Of a stretch of 64,000 nt of DNA, positions 45,161 to 55,699 are shown piece after piece. A program made the translations under genes and the position numbers. The DNA comes from an uncultured bacterium. GTDB lineage: Bacteria > Patescibacteriota > Minisyncoccia > UBA6257 > 2-01-FULL-56-20. How positions within the stretch are numbered: the first letter of the stretch is position 1; every line of letters begins with the position of its first letter. Location: NCBI GenBank assembly GCA_963705915.1, contig OY970126.1:687893-751892 (forward strand), given 5' to 3'. The notes beneath the pieces were generated by a model that had not been told where the DNA came from, ran no database searches, and saw only the letters and a list, made by a program, of their open reading frames with translations.

Positions 45161-46069
45161 CTACTTCTTCTCAGGAGCATCGATGTCGAGGTGAAGGTGG
45201 ACGGTTCCCGAGGGAACATTCGCCTTTACCGCTGGCTTCTTCGGTGGCGCTGGCGGATTTGCCGCCTGCTGAGCCGCCTTGGTCGCCATCAGGGCAACGA
45301 ACATGTCTTTCATGGCTTTCGTTTCGCCCTGGGCCGCCGCGATAACTGCATCGCTCTCGGCCTTTTCGGCTCGCCGGTTAGCTTCGGCAATTTCTGCTTC
45401 AGCTTTACGGTTCTGTTCGGCGATCTCTCTCTCGGCATTGGCTTTCAGCTCGACGAACTTTTCACGTTCTTTTTTCTGATCGTCGATGAAGTTCTGGAAG
45501 CCAGTGGTCATAGTCTGAACGCAATTGTTGATTCGCTTGAAGTTTTTGATCGTGCAAGCGATTTCAGCCGCTGGTTCATACATTCCCATGCCGAGCAAGA
45601 AGAGGACATGCTGCATTTTTTTGCAGTCGTTATCGCTGAAGCTCAGGTTGAGGCCGGCTCCCATCAACATATGTTGAAATGCGCCACCATCTGAGAAACG
45701 GCATGACGAGGTTGTGTTGCCGGCAAGAGCAACTGCGGTGCTCGCGGGGAGGTTCGTGCTGTCAACCAACGACTGACTCCCACCGTTCGCGTTTGCGTCT
45801 CCACCGGTTGCTGTCGAGTTGGCGTTGGCATTGGAATCGGCGTTAGCCTGTTGCCCTTGCTGTTGTCCCTGCTGCTGGCCTTGTTGCTGGCCTTGGCACT
45901 GACCTTTGCCGGTGCAATTGAAGTGCCCATTTTGCGAGCCATTCTGCTGGCCGGTGATATGGCCAGTATTTTGGTTCGTTTGTGCATTTGCCGTCATCGC
46001 ACAGAACATCAACATCACAACAAGCGTCATTACCATGCCAACCAAGAAACCACGTGAATTCGAAGTCAT
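45161..46069 (-). CDS. secreted protein with Gln/Gly/Asn-rich repeat region and coiled-coil C-terminus
   Basis: signal peptide; GQQQGQQQGQQQGQQ encoded by an imperfect CAG/CAA/GGC microsatellite at about 45850-45905; AEAEIAEANRRAEKAE heptads. Confidence 0.55.
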   Translation of the reverse strand: MTSNSRGFLVGMVMTLVVMLMFCAMTANAQTNQNTGHITGQQNGSQNGHFNCTGKGQCQGQQQGQQQGQQQGQQANADSNANANSTATGGDANANGGSQSLVDSTNLPASTAVALAGNTTSSCRFSDGGAFQHMLMGAGLNLSFSDNDCKKMQHVLFLLGMGMYEPAAEIACTIKNFKRINNCVQTMTTGFQNFIDDQKKEREKFVELKANAEREIAEQNRKAEAEIAEANRRAEKAESDAVIAAAQGETKAMKDMFVALMATKAAQQAANPPAPPKKPAVKANVPSGTVHLHLDIDAPEKK

Positions 46070-46263
46070 AACACTCTCCTTTGAGAAGTAGATTGAACTG
46101 ATTTTCCTACGGATGTAAAAGAGCTGGGAGTATCTAACTCACATATATTACCCCAAATAGCCAGATTTGTCAAGTTATGGCAAAATAGGCTAACCCCGGC
46201 CTCTATAAGGCCCATATTTCCTAGCTAAATAGCCTTCACGGGTTTTGGGGTACAATAAGGCAT

Positions 46264-47805
46264 ATGGCGAAGAAGACAACGGTTCTTATTATTCTCGATG
46301 GCTGGGGCATCGGGGCGAACAACGAATCGAACCCCATTTATATAGTGAAGCCGCAAACATTTGAGTGGCTCGCCAAAAATTATCCGGTGACGAGCTTGCA
46401 GGCGTCGGGAATTGCCGTCGGTTTGCCGTGGGGCGAAGTCGGCAACAGTGAAGTGGGCCACCTCACGCTCGGTGCGGGCAAAGTGCTCTATCAGTACTAT
46501 CCCAAGATCACGATGGCGATCCGCGACGGAACTTTTTTGGAGAACACCGTTCTTAAAGAAGCGTTCGCACATGTGAAGAAAAATAATAGTGCGATCAATT
46601 TTGCAGGATTACTCTCAAAAGGAAATGTGCATGCTTCGATTGAACATCTGGTGGCGCTCATTACGATGGCCGAGTCGGAAGGGATAAAAAATATCAACCT
46701 GCATCTTTTTGCTGACGGCAAAGATACGCCGCCGCATTCGCTCGGAGGATTTTTAAAAGAGATTCCAAAAGAATATCTTGCAACACTCATCGGCCGCTAC
46801 TATGCGATGGACCGCAACGGTAACTGGCGGCTCACGGAAACAGCGTATCAGACGATGACAGGGCAGCTCGGCCCGCTCGTCACCGATCCAACGCCGCTTA
46901 TCGACGCCACGTACAAGCAGGGATCGACGGAAGAATATTTGCCGCCGATGCGTTTTGCGGATGACAAGAAAATAAAAGACGGCGACTCGCTCATATTTTT
47001 TAATTATCGCGAAGACAGTATCCGCCAGATCGCGTCGTCTTTTATCACGAAGCCGTTCGACAAGTTTGCAACCACCCTGCCATTCAACGATTTGTTCATC
47101 GCGACGATGACGCATTACGACGATTCGTTCAATGTGCCTGTGATCTGCGAAGCGGACAAGGTAACCGTGCCGCTTGGCAAAGTGTTGAGCGACAAAGGCC
47201 TCGCGCAATTGCGCATTGCGGAGACCTACAAGTATGCACACGTCACGTATTTCTTTAATGGTCTCCGCGAACCGCCGTACCCCGGCGAATACCGCACGCT
47301 CGTGCCGTCGAATTCGAGCCTTCATCCCGAAGAACATCCCGAGATGATGGCGAGCGCGATCACCGATCGGTTGATCGAAGCGATTCACAGCAAAGGATTC
47401 GCCTTTATTTTAGTGAACTATGCGAATCCCGATGCGATTGCGCACACCTCGGATTACAATGCGTCGCTTGAGGCCGTGCGCGTGATTGACCGAGAAATCG
47501 ATCGGGTGGTCAAGGCGATTGGAGATGATCCGGAAGTTTTGCTCGCGATCACATCCGACCACGGCAACATTGAAGAGATGATCGATATCATGACTGGCCT
47601 CCCGGAGAGCCAGCACGATCCGAGTCCGGTGCCGCTTTATCTTGTGGCCCCGGAATATAAGGGCCGAAAATTCGTGAACGCCGATTCGCTCGTCGGGGAA
47701 AGCCTCGGTTCGCTTGCCGACGTCACGCCGACCCTGCTACAGATTATGGGTATTGAAAAACCGCCCGAAATGACGGGGGAAAGCCTTCTCGAAGGCCTCG
47801 TTTAG
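46264..47805 (+). CDS. gpmI: 2,3-bisphosphoglycerate-independent phosphoglycerate mutase
   Basis: LIILDGWGI ... SEVGHLTLGAG ... ITSDHGN motifs, 513 aa. Confidence 0.95.
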   Translation: MAKKTTVLIILDGWGIGANNESNPIYIVKPQTFEWLAKNYPVTSLQASGIAVGLPWGEVGNSEVGHLTLGAGKVLYQYYPKITMAIRDGTFLENTVLKEAFAHVKKNNSAINFAGLLSKGNVHASIEHLVALITMAESEGIKNINLHLFADGKDTPPHSLGGFLKEIPKEYLATLIGRYYAMDRNGNWRLTETAYQTMTGQLGPLVTDPTPLIDATYKQGSTEEYLPPMRFADDKKIKDGDSLIFFNYREDSIRQIASSFITKPFDKFATTLPFNDLFIATMTHYDDSFNVPVICEADKVTVPLGKVLSDKGLAQLRIAETYKYAHVTYFFNGLREPPYPGEYRTLVPSNSSLHPEEHPEMMASAITDRLIEAIHSKGFAFILVNYANPDAIAHTSDYNASLEAVRVIDREIDRVVKAIGDDPEVLLAITSDHGNIEEMIDIMTGLPESQHDPSPVPLYLVAPEYKGRKFVNADSLVGESLGSLADVTPTLLQIMGIEKPPEMTGESLLEGLV

Positions 47806-47900
47806 CTCAAAATCGGTTGACCAATCGGCTCTCTGCCGTTATTATATCAATATCAAAAGTCATTAAAAAATTATGAAATCAGTAGCTAGTAATTACTCAT

Positions 47901-49427
47901 ATGGATACCACCACGTGGATTGTGGCGGTTATTGCCGTTTGTATCGGCATTGCCGCAGGATATGCAGCGCGAAAGTATTCGTCGGCTAGAAAACTCGGCG
48001 GGGTAGAAGAACAAATTAAAAAAAGTTTGGCCGATGCGGAAACGCATGCCAAAGAAATAGTCATTGAGGCAAAAGACAAGGCCGCCTCACTTTTGGTTGA
48101 ATTGAAAAACGAAGAGAAAGATCGTCGCAAGGAAATCGACGAACTTGAGAAGCGCGTTTTGCAGCGTGAAGAATCGTTCGACAAGAAATTGAATGATCTC
48201 ACGACCGAGCAGGGGAAAGTGCGCACCCATGAAGACGCTTTGAAGGTGCGCGAGACTGATCTTGAGAAAAAAGAAAGCGAGATTGGTTCACGGATAGAGA
48301 AAGTTGCCGGCCTCTCCATGGCCGAAGCCCGTGAAGAAATTTTCCGCCGCGCAAAAGAAGACCGTTCACAAGATTTGGCCCAGCTCATCCAAAAGATGGA
48401 TCGCGAGAACCGCGAAGAAATTGAAAAGAAAGCTGCGGACATCATCACGACTGCGCTCCAGCGCTATGCCCGATCGCATGTTGCCGAAATCACGACGACC
48501 ATCTTCCCGCTTCACGACGAAGAATTGAAAGGCAAAATCATCGGACGGGAAGGCCGCAATATACGCGCGCTCGAACGCGCAACGGGTGTTGAGTTCATCA
48601 TCGACGAGGCACCGGATGCCATCATCATTTCATCGTTTGATCCGTATCGCCGCGAAGCCGCGCGCCTCGCGCTTGAAAAACTCGTGAAAGATGGGCGTAT
48701 CCAGCCGGCGAAGATCGAAGAAAAAGTGGAAGAAGCGAAAGCCGAACTCAACAAGCGCGCGCAGGAGATTGGCGAACAAGCCGCGCAAGATCTCGGCGTT
48801 TTCGATCTGCCAAAAGAAATCTTACAGCTCTTGGGCAGGCTTCATTTCCGCACGAGCTTTGGACAGAACGTGCTCGTCCACTCGATTGAGATGGCCTACA
48901 TTAGCGAAATGATGGCACGCGAACTCGGCTTGAATGCCGAAGTGGCAAAGAAAGGCGCATTGCTTCACGACATTGGCAAAGCTATCGACCACGAAGTGGA
49001 AGGAACGCACGTGGACCTCGGTATGAAGCTGCTCAAAAAATATAATATCGACGAGCGCGTGATCGAGGCGATGCAGTCCCACCATGAAGATTTCCCATAC
49101 GCACGGCCCGAGGCCTACGTGGTGACGGCCGCCGACGTCCTTTCCGCCGCGCGTCCCGGCGCCCGCCGCGGCACGCTCGAAACGTACGTCAAGCGTTTGG
49201 CTGACCTCGAACGGATCGCCGGCGAATTCCCGGGCGTGAAGAACGCCTATGCGATCGCCGCCGGCCGCGAACTTCGGGTCTTTGTTGTTCCGGAAAAGAT
49301 CGACGACTTCCGGGCTCTGGAACTCGCCCGCGAGATTGCCAACAAAATCCAAGCGGAACTCAAATATCCCGGCGAGATTAAGGTCAATGTGATTCGGGAG
49401 ATCAGAGCAGTGGAGTACGCGAGGTAG
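47901..49427 (+). CDS. rny: ribonuclease Y
   Basis: N-terminal TM helix, coiled-coil, KH domain (GREGRNIRALE) and HD domain (LLHDIGKA). Confidence 0.9.
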   Translation: MDTTTWIVAVIAVCIGIAAGYAARKYSSARKLGGVEEQIKKSLADAETHAKEIVIEAKDKAASLLVELKNEEKDRRKEIDELEKRVLQREESFDKKLNDLTTEQGKVRTHEDALKVRETDLEKKESEIGSRIEKVAGLSMAEAREEIFRRAKEDRSQDLAQLIQKMDRENREEIEKKAADIITTALQRYARSHVAEITTTIFPLHDEELKGKIIGREGRNIRALERATGVEFIIDEAPDAIIISSFDPYRREAARLALEKLVKDGRIQPAKIEEKVEEAKAELNKRAQEIGEQAAQDLGVFDLPKEILQLLGRLHFRTSFGQNVLVHSIEMAYISEMMARELGLNAEVAKKGALLHDIGKAIDHEVEGTHVDLGMKLLKKYNIDERVIEAMQSHHEDFPYARPEAYVVTAADVLSAARPGARRGTLETYVKRLADLERIAGEFPGVKNAYAIAAGRELRVFVVPEKIDDFRALELAREIANKIQAELKYPGEIKVNVIREIRAVEYAR

Positions 49428-49550
49428 TCCGGACGCTGGCATTCTGAGGTCCTTTCGGACCTGGGGCGAGGGAGGAAGTGGCATTTCCAAACTGGGAAGA
49501 GGCGCCGACCGAGGTTGGTCCGAAAGACCCAGAATGCCACGGACGGACGA
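49428..49550 (+). other. about 120-nt structured element: long imperfect inverted repeat, each arm containing its own perfect 4-bp mini-hairpin
   Basis: left arm tggcattctgaggtcctttcggacc (49437-49461) vs right arm ggtccgaaagacccagaatgcca (about 49517-49539); flanked by gtccggacg / cggacggac. Confidence 0.4.
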
Positions 49551-49587
49551 CTTGCAAACTATTACGATATGATATACTAAATCGCAT

Positions 49588-51066
49588 ATGGCCGACTCAA
49601 TATTTAATTATCCCCTCGTAACCTCTGTTATCGCTGCGCTCTTTCTCGTCGGTATCGTCGGCAAGTTCCTCAAGTTTTCCTGGAAGCAAATCACTAAGTG
49701 GTATCTTTATATCTCCGTTTTGGCGGTGGTTGTCGTGATGGACTCGATTTTCTTCCCGTTCATCGGCGGCAAAGACTGGTTCTTCCGCTTCTCAACGGAA
49801 CTCGCACTCATCTCGGCTCTTCTCTATTGGGCATTCGAAGCAAAGAAAGATGAGATAAAAAATATTATCAAGACAAGCTATAAGAAGCCGATCGTCATCG
49901 CAGTAACCGTTTTCGTTGCCGCATTCTTGCTTGCATGCGCATTTGCGCTCGATGCCCACGCGGCGTTCTGGTCAAACTATGAGCGCGGTGAAGGCGGCTT
50001 CCAGATGCTCCACTATTACCTCTTCTTCATATTGCTTGTGATGTTCCTCACGGAGGCAGAGGACTGGAAGAATATCTTTAGATTTTCACTTGTTGCCGCT
50101 GGCCTCATGATCGGCTACGGTATTCTCGGCAATTATTCCATCGGCGGATTCATCGGCCCCTATGCAGGAAGCACGCCCCCGGTCGGCTGGCTTCATACGT
50201 TGATCGACGGCCGCTTCCAGGGCTCGCTTGGCAATCCGGCCTACGTCGCCCCGTATTTAATATTCTCGATGTTCTACGCAGCGTACCTTTGGATCATGGC
50301 AAAGCGTGAAGGCCGCGCGACCAAGATCACCGCGTGGGCTTATAGCGTTCTTCTCGTCATATTCTTGTTCTTCTTTATCCTCACGCAGACCCGCGGCACG
50401 TTCCTCGGCCTTGGCGCAGGTATTGTTGCGCTTCTCCTGTATTTCGCATTCACCGGTACGGCAAAGGTAAAGAAATGGGCTGCGGCGATTGCTATCGTGC
50501 TTGTCATCTTGGGTATCGGCGCATATGCCGAACGCAACAGTTCGTTCGTCCAGAATTTGCCGGAAGGCCGCCTGCTGCAAATCAGCTTGTCGGATACCAC
50601 AGTGCAAACGCGTTTATGGGTATGGGGCGAGGCGTGGCAGGGCTTCCTTGAGCGCCCGATCTTTGGCTGGGGTCCGGAAAACTTCACGGCTGTCTACGAC
50701 AAATTCTTCAATCCGAAGTTCTACACGCCGGGGCAGAATAACGAAACCTGGTTTGATCGCGCCCATAGCATTTTCTTCGACTATCTCTCCGAGACTGGCA
50801 TTGTTGGTTTACTCGCATACCTTTCGATCTTCGTTATGATTTTCTGGGAGTTTTTCCGCCGCAAACAGCTGCACTCGCGGGGTGACGGTACATCGCTCAC
50901 CATCCTGCGCGGAGCCATGCTCGCGGTGCCGATCGCGTATCTTGTACAAGGCATAGCGATTTTTGATGTATTTCCGATGTACATCAATTTGTTCCTCTTC
51001 TTTGCGTTTGCATCGTATTACTTCTCGGCGCACCCCCACGAAAAATCTGCGCATACTACTTCATAA
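49588..51066 (+). CDS. O-antigen ligase / Wzy_C family polytopic membrane protein
   Basis: about 12 TM helices with a Wzy_C-like periplasmic loop (QTRGTFLG...). Confidence 0.7.
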   Translation: MADSIFNYPLVTSVIAALFLVGIVGKFLKFSWKQITKWYLYISVLAVVVVMDSIFFPFIGGKDWFFRFSTELALISALLYWAFEAKKDEIKNIIKTSYKKPIVIAVTVFVAAFLLACAFALDAHAAFWSNYERGEGGFQMLHYYLFFILLVMFLTEAEDWKNIFRFSLVAAGLMIGYGILGNYSIGGFIGPYAGSTPPVGWLHTLIDGRFQGSLGNPAYVAPYLIFSMFYAAYLWIMAKREGRATKITAWAYSVLLVIFLFFFILTQTRGTFLGLGAGIVALLLYFAFTGTAKVKKWAAAIAIVLVILGIGAYAERNSSFVQNLPEGRLLQISLSDTTVQTRLWVWGEAWQGFLERPIFGWGPENFTAVYDKFFNPKFYTPGQNNETWFDRAHSIFFDYLSETGIVGLLAYLSIFVMIFWEFFRRKQLHSRGDGTSLTILRGAMLAVPIAYLVQGIAIFDVFPMYINLFLFFAFASYYFSAHPHEKSAHTTS

Positions 51067-51068
51067 CC

Positions 51069-51716
51069 ATGCAAGAAGATCGAACGTACAAACAATTGAC
51101 CGCCATCATTATCGCCATCCTCATTCTTGGCGTTGGGTATTACGGTTCCTATCGTCCCATGCGCAAAGCGCAAGGATTCATTTCGACATTGCAGTCGCTT
51201 CAGACGAATCCGGCAACATCGCTCCAAGATCTTGAGAATCGCGTTTCGGGTCCGCTCAATTATGCTTCCCCGATTGGCCAAGAAGAAATCGTCCGCAATC
51301 TCGCAAACAGCGTGTTGTCCTTCGTGCAGCAACAGGGGAGCAACGCAACGTCCACTGCCCAGCTCATCGGATTCTTGAATAGCTATTACGATCCGATTTT
51401 GGATCGCGGTAAGGGCATGAGCTTTGGCCAGGATCTGTATCTTGAAGGCGCCGTGAATGAAATCGCATTCGTGCAGACCGGCGATCCGACATATCTTGCG
51501 GCAGCGCAGCAGTGGTACCAAGAAGGAGAGACTCTTGGCCCGAACCGCCCGCAACCGCTCTACGGACTCTTTGACGTGTACCGCGCAGCAGGCGACGTTT
51601 CGGACACCATTGCCGTTGCCAATAAGATTTTGATGAACTGGCCAACCGACACGCAAATTCAGGCGAGCCTTCAGCAATTCTTGACTTCAGCGTCGACGAC
51701 GGCGAGGGGGAAGTAA
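51069..51716 (+). CDS. membrane-anchored hypothetical protein
   Basis: single N-terminal TM helix, no recognised motif. Confidence 0.45.
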   Translation: MQEDRTYKQLTAIIIAILILGVGYYGSYRPMRKAQGFISTLQSLQTNPATSLQDLENRVSGPLNYASPIGQEEIVRNLANSVLSFVQQQGSNATSTAQLIGFLNSYYDPILDRGKGMSFGQDLYLEGAVNEIAFVQTGDPTYLAAAQQWYQEGETLGPNRPQPLYGLFDVYRAAGDVSDTIAVANKILMNWPTDTQIQASLQQFLTSASTTARGK

Positions 51717-51725
51717 ACGACTATC

Positions 51726-52721
51726 ATGGCTGACCAGCAAAAAACGGCGATGGTCTTTGGTGCCGGAGGTTTTATCGGTGCCCATCTTGTTCGTCGCCTC
51801 AAACGTGAAGGTTATTGGGTGCGAGGCGCAGATTGGAAGGAGCCGGGTTTCAGCAAAACCGAAGCCGACGAATTTTTACAGGGAGACCTCTCCGATCCGG
51901 ATGTCATCCGGAAAACATTTGACCGGCCTTTTGACGAACTCTATCAGCTTGCCGCCGACATGGGAGGTGCCGGTTTCGTTTTTACCGGTGACCATGATTC
52001 GGAAATCATGACGACCTCGGCGGGGATCAATGTGAACGTTGTGAAATATGGCGTCGCCGGCGGCAAAGGCCCGATTAAAAAAATATTTTATTCTTCCTCC
52101 GCTTGCATGTATCCGGCATACAACCAGGAAGATCCCAATAATCCAAAATGTTCGGAGGACTCGGCGTATCCTGCGGCGCCCGACAGCGAGTACGGATGGG
52201 AAAAATTATTCAGCGAACGGCTCTATCTTGCCGCCCACCGGAACTACGGCACCGAAATCCGCATCGCCCGGTTTCATAATATTTTCGGTCCGGAAGGAAC
52301 CTGGAATAGCGGACGAGAAAAAGCGCCGGCGGCGATGTGCCGCAAGGTTGCCGAAACTCCCGACGGCGGAGAGATGGAAATGTGGGGTGACGGAAAGCAA
52401 ACGCGGTCATTTTTATATATCGATGAATGTCTCGAGGGTGTGCGGCGTCTTATGGGCTCTGATTTCATGGGGCCGGTGAACATCGGTTCCGAAGAAATGG
52501 TGACCATCAACCAGCTCGCCGAAATGGCGATGAAGATTGGTGGCAAAAAACTTTCGATCAAGCATATTCCCGGACCACTCGGCGTGCGTGGCCGCAATTC
52601 CGACAACCGCTTGATTCGGGAGAAACTCGGATGGGCACCATCGGCCAAACTTGAAGATGGCTTACGGAAAACGTACGAGTGGGTTTATGAGCAGGCGAAA
52701 GCTGCCGGGACGGCGAAATAG
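51726..52721 (+). CDS. GDP-mannose 3,5-epimerase (GME-like NAD-dependent epimerase)
   Basis: near-colinear with plant GME: LAADMGGAGF, SSACMYPA, RIARFHNIFGPEGTWNSGREKAPAAMCRK, EMWGDGKQTRSF, HIPGPLGVRGRNSDN. Confidence 0.8.
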   Translation: MADQQKTAMVFGAGGFIGAHLVRRLKREGYWVRGADWKEPGFSKTEADEFLQGDLSDPDVIRKTFDRPFDELYQLAADMGGAGFVFTGDHDSEIMTTSAGINVNVVKYGVAGGKGPIKKIFYSSSACMYPAYNQEDPNNPKCSEDSAYPAAPDSEYGWEKLFSERLYLAAHRNYGTEIRIARFHNIFGPEGTWNSGREKAPAAMCRKVAETPDGGEMEMWGDGKQTRSFLYIDECLEGVRRLMGSDFMGPVNIGSEEMVTINQLAEMAMKIGGKKLSIKHIPGPLGVRGRNSDNRLIREKLGWAPSAKLEDGLRKTYEWVYEQAKAAGTAK

Positions 52722-52761
52722 CGCTCGCCACAAGCCGGATTTCGCGCTACTTTAATAACAT

Positions 52762-53661
52762 ATGGTAACGGTATTTTTCCGGGGAGGCCTTGGCAATCAG
52801 ATGTTCCAATATGCCGCGGGGTTTTCGCTCGCGAAAAAGCTCGGCGTCCCCCTCATGCTTGACACCGTGCATGTTCGAGATCGTTTTCCACGGCCGAACT
52901 TCACATTCCGAAAGTTCGACTTGCCCAATGTTTTCGACATCCAATCCCAATACACGCCGCTTTCTCGCGCCGCTGCGAGCTTCCCAATTCCGGGGCTTTG
53001 GCTTGGCCTCGATCTTTTTTTGATGAATCTTGCTCAGGCGGCTGGCAACGCAACCATTGTCTACGAAGATGAGAGGAAAGGATTCCAACCAATCAACGTG
53101 CCGAAGACGTCCGACGTCATTTTGTACGGCCGTTGGGAAAACGAAAAATATTTCCAGGGCACAGACGTTGACCTCCGGAAAGAATTTCGGTTTAAGCATC
53201 CGCTTGAGGGCCAAGCCTTGGAGCTCGCTCAAGAGATTGAGAAAACGGATTCCGTTGCGGTGCATGTCCGGCGGGGCGACTTCGCAGCATCAAAGGTGGT
53301 TGCTGGCATGATGGGGAGTATCGGCTCCGATTACTATGCACGCGCCATCGAATGTATTGCCCAGCGTGTTCCGAGCCCTCATTTTTTTGTTTTTTCGGAT
53401 GACATCGAATGGTGCAAGCAAAATCTGGCGATCCAATTTCCCGTAACGTACGCCGAGCCATCGACATCAGGTCCACGAGCTGCATTTCATCTCGAGCTTA
53501 TGTCCCGCTGCAAACATAATATTATTGCGAACAGCACCTTTAGCTGGTGGGGGGCATGGCTCAATGCGAATCCTCAAAAGATCGTGATCGCGCCGAAGCG
53601 CTGGTATGCCGACGTTTCGCTCGCGGGCGACATTGTCCCTTCGAGTTGGACGACGCTTTAA
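52762..53661 (+). CDS. glycosyltransferase family 11 (alpha-1,2-fucosyltransferase-like)
   Basis: [11 protein letters not shown] hallmark motif. Confidence 0.8.
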   Translation: MVTVFFRGGLGNQMFQYAAGFSLAKKLGVPLMLDTVHVRDRFPRPNFTFRKFDLPNVFDIQSQYTPLSRAAASFPIPGLWLGLDLFLMNLAQAAGNATIVYEDERKGFQPINVPKTSDVILYGRWENEKYFQGTDVDLRKEFRFKHPLEGQALELAQEIEKTDSVAVHVRRGDFAASKVVAGMMGSIGSDYYARAIECIAQRVPSPHFFVFSDDIEWCKQNLAIQFPVTYAEPSTSGPRAAFHLELMSRCKHNIIANSTFSWWGAWLNANPQKIVIAPKRWYADVSLAGDIVPSSWTTL

Positions 53662-53681
53662 AAATAATTTATGGTACTAGG

Positions 53682-54746
53682 ATGGCACACGAGAAAAAAC
53701 GTGCTCTTATAACCGGCATCACGGGCCAAGATGGCTCGTATCTTGCTGACTTCCTCCTTTCGAAAGGCTACGAGGTGCACGGCATCGTGCGCCGAACGTC
53801 GACGTTGAATCGCGAGCGTATTCGTCACTTGCACGAGGATCCTCACGGCACATCGGTGGGGATAACGCTCCATTATGGTGATCTTGCCGACGCCAATACG
53901 ATTCGCCGGTTGCTCTACGAGATTCAACCGGATGAAATTTATAATCTCGGCGCGCAGTCGCACGTGCGCGTTTCTTTTGACATTCCGGAATACACGGCAA
54001 ACGTGACGGGCCTTGGAACGCTTCGCCTTCTCGAAGCGGTGAAAGACTATGAATCGCACACTGGGGAAAAAGTGAAATTCTATCAGGCGTCGAGTTCCGA
54101 AATGTTTGGCGCCGCGAAACCGCCGCAAAACGAGGAAACAATTTTCTATCCGCGGAGTCCCTATGGCATCGCAAAAGTTTTTTCACACGACACCGTGAGA
54201 AATTATCGCGAAGCGTACGGCATTTTTGCGGTAAACGGTATCCTTTTCAATCACGAGAGCCCGCGTCGCGGCGAAGCGTTTCTTACGAGAAAAGTGACAA
54301 TCGGCGTTGCCCGCATCGCCGCCGGCCTTGATGAGCATCTCTATCTTGGCAACCTTGAGGCACGCCGTGACTGGGGATATGCCCCAGAATATATAGAGGC
54401 GATGTGGATGATGCTCCAGCAACCGGAAGCCGGCGATTACGTTATTGGCACCGGAGAGGCGCATACCGTGAAAGAGTTCGTTGATCGAGCATTTGAGGTC
54501 GCCGGACTTGGCGATTCGGAAAAGTACATAAAGATCGATCCGCGCTATTATCGTCCGACCGAAGTCGACTATCTCGTTGCGGATGCAAAAAAGGCAAAAG
54601 AGAAATTGGGATGGAAGGCAAAGGTTGGCTTCGACGATCTCGTTAAAATTATGCTTCGTGCCGATCTTAAACGGTACGGGGCACAGGAACGGGCAGACGC
54701 CATCAAGGTGGAAAATCCGATTACGTGGATCGGCGAGATTGACTGA
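53682..54746 (+). CDS. gmd: GDP-mannose 4,6-dehydratase
   Basis: [16 protein letters not shown] ... [13 protein letters not shown] motifs; start at MAHEKKR (ATG 53682) rather than the longer ORF-track call. Confidence 0.9.
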   Translation: MAHEKKRALITGITGQDGSYLADFLLSKGYEVHGIVRRTSTLNRERIRHLHEDPHGTSVGITLHYGDLADANTIRRLLYEIQPDEIYNLGAQSHVRVSFDIPEYTANVTGLGTLRLLEAVKDYESHTGEKVKFYQASSSEMFGAAKPPQNEETIFYPRSPYGIAKVFSHDTVRNYREAYGIFAVNGILFNHESPRRGEAFLTRKVTIGVARIAAGLDEHLYLGNLEARRDWGYAPEYIEAMWMMLQQPEAGDYVIGTGEAHTVKEFVDRAFEVAGLGDSEKYIKIDPRYYRPTEVDYLVADAKKAKEKLGWKAKVGFDDLVKIMLRADLKRYGAQERADAIKVENPITWIGEID

Positions 54747-54761
54747 ACTATACTATCCTGC

Positions 54762-55697
54762 ATGGACATTCTTGATAAAAAAATTTTGGTGACGGGCGGC
54801 AGGGGATTTTTGGGGTCCTGGGTTGTCGATGCTTTAAAGGAGCGCGGTGTGGCGGAGAAAAATATCAGTACTCCGTCTTCGAAAGAACTCGATCTTACAA
54901 AATGGGAAAACTGCGTGAAAGCGGTTGCTGGGCAAGACATCGTGATCCATATTGCCGCCCGTGTCGGCGGCATCGGAGCGAATAAAGCTCATCCGGGCGC
55001 TTTCTTTTATGACAATGCGGTGATGGGCGTGCAGCTCATGGAGGCAGCGCGCCAAGCCGGTATCAAAAAATTTGTGACGATCGGTACCGTGTGCGCGTAT
55101 CCAGAAAATCCGCCGATTCCTTTTCGAGAAGAAGATTTGTGGGAAGGATATCCGACGCCCGTGACCGCGCCGTATGGCCTTGCGAAAAAGATGCTCTTGG
55201 TCCAGGGGCAAGCATATCGAGAAGAGTACGGGTTCAACGCCATTTTTCTTTTGCCGACAAATCTTTACGGGCCGCGCGACGATTTTAATCCCGAGCATTC
55301 GCACGTGATCCCGGCACGCATCAAGGCGACGCTTGAAGCACAGGAGAATAGTGCGCCTTCGATTGAGGTGTGGGGGACCGGCAAGGCAACGCGTGATTTT
55401 CTCTATGTTGGCGATGCAGCAAAAGCGATCGTCCAGGCAACCGAGCTTTACGATAAACCGGATCCGGTGAACATCGGCTCGGGTCGCGAAGTTCCGATCC
55501 GCGAACTCGTCGAAATGATCGTGAAGATTGTGGGATATCAAGGAAAGCTTGTATGGGACACTTCAAAGCCCGATGGCCAGCCGCGCCGGTCGCTCGACGT
55601 CTCCCGAGCCCGAAAAGAATTTGGTTTCAATCCGACAACCAATTTTGAGCAAGGATTGCAAGCGACGATCAATTGGTATCGTGCGCATAGGACGTAG
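54762..55697 (+). CDS. fcl: GDP-L-fucose synthase (GDP-4-keto-6-deoxymannose 3,5-epimerase/4-reductase)
   Basis: ILVTGGRGFLGS ... PYGLAKK ... LPTNLYGPRDDF motifs typical of Fcl/WcaG. Confidence 0.9.
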   Translation: MDILDKKILVTGGRGFLGSWVVDALKERGVAEKNISTPSSKELDLTKWENCVKAVAGQDIVIHIAARVGGIGANKAHPGAFFYDNAVMGVQLMEAARQAGIKKFVTIGTVCAYPENPPIPFREEDLWEGYPTPVTAPYGLAKKMLLVQGQAYREEYGFNAIFLLPTNLYGPRDDFNPEHSHVIPARIKATLEAQENSAPSIEVWGTGKATRDFLYVGDAAKAIVQATELYDKPDPVNIGSGREVPIRELVEMIVKIVGYQGKLVWDTSKPDGQPRRSLDVSRARKEFGFNPTTNFEQGLQATINWYRAHRT

Positions 55698-55699
55698 CG

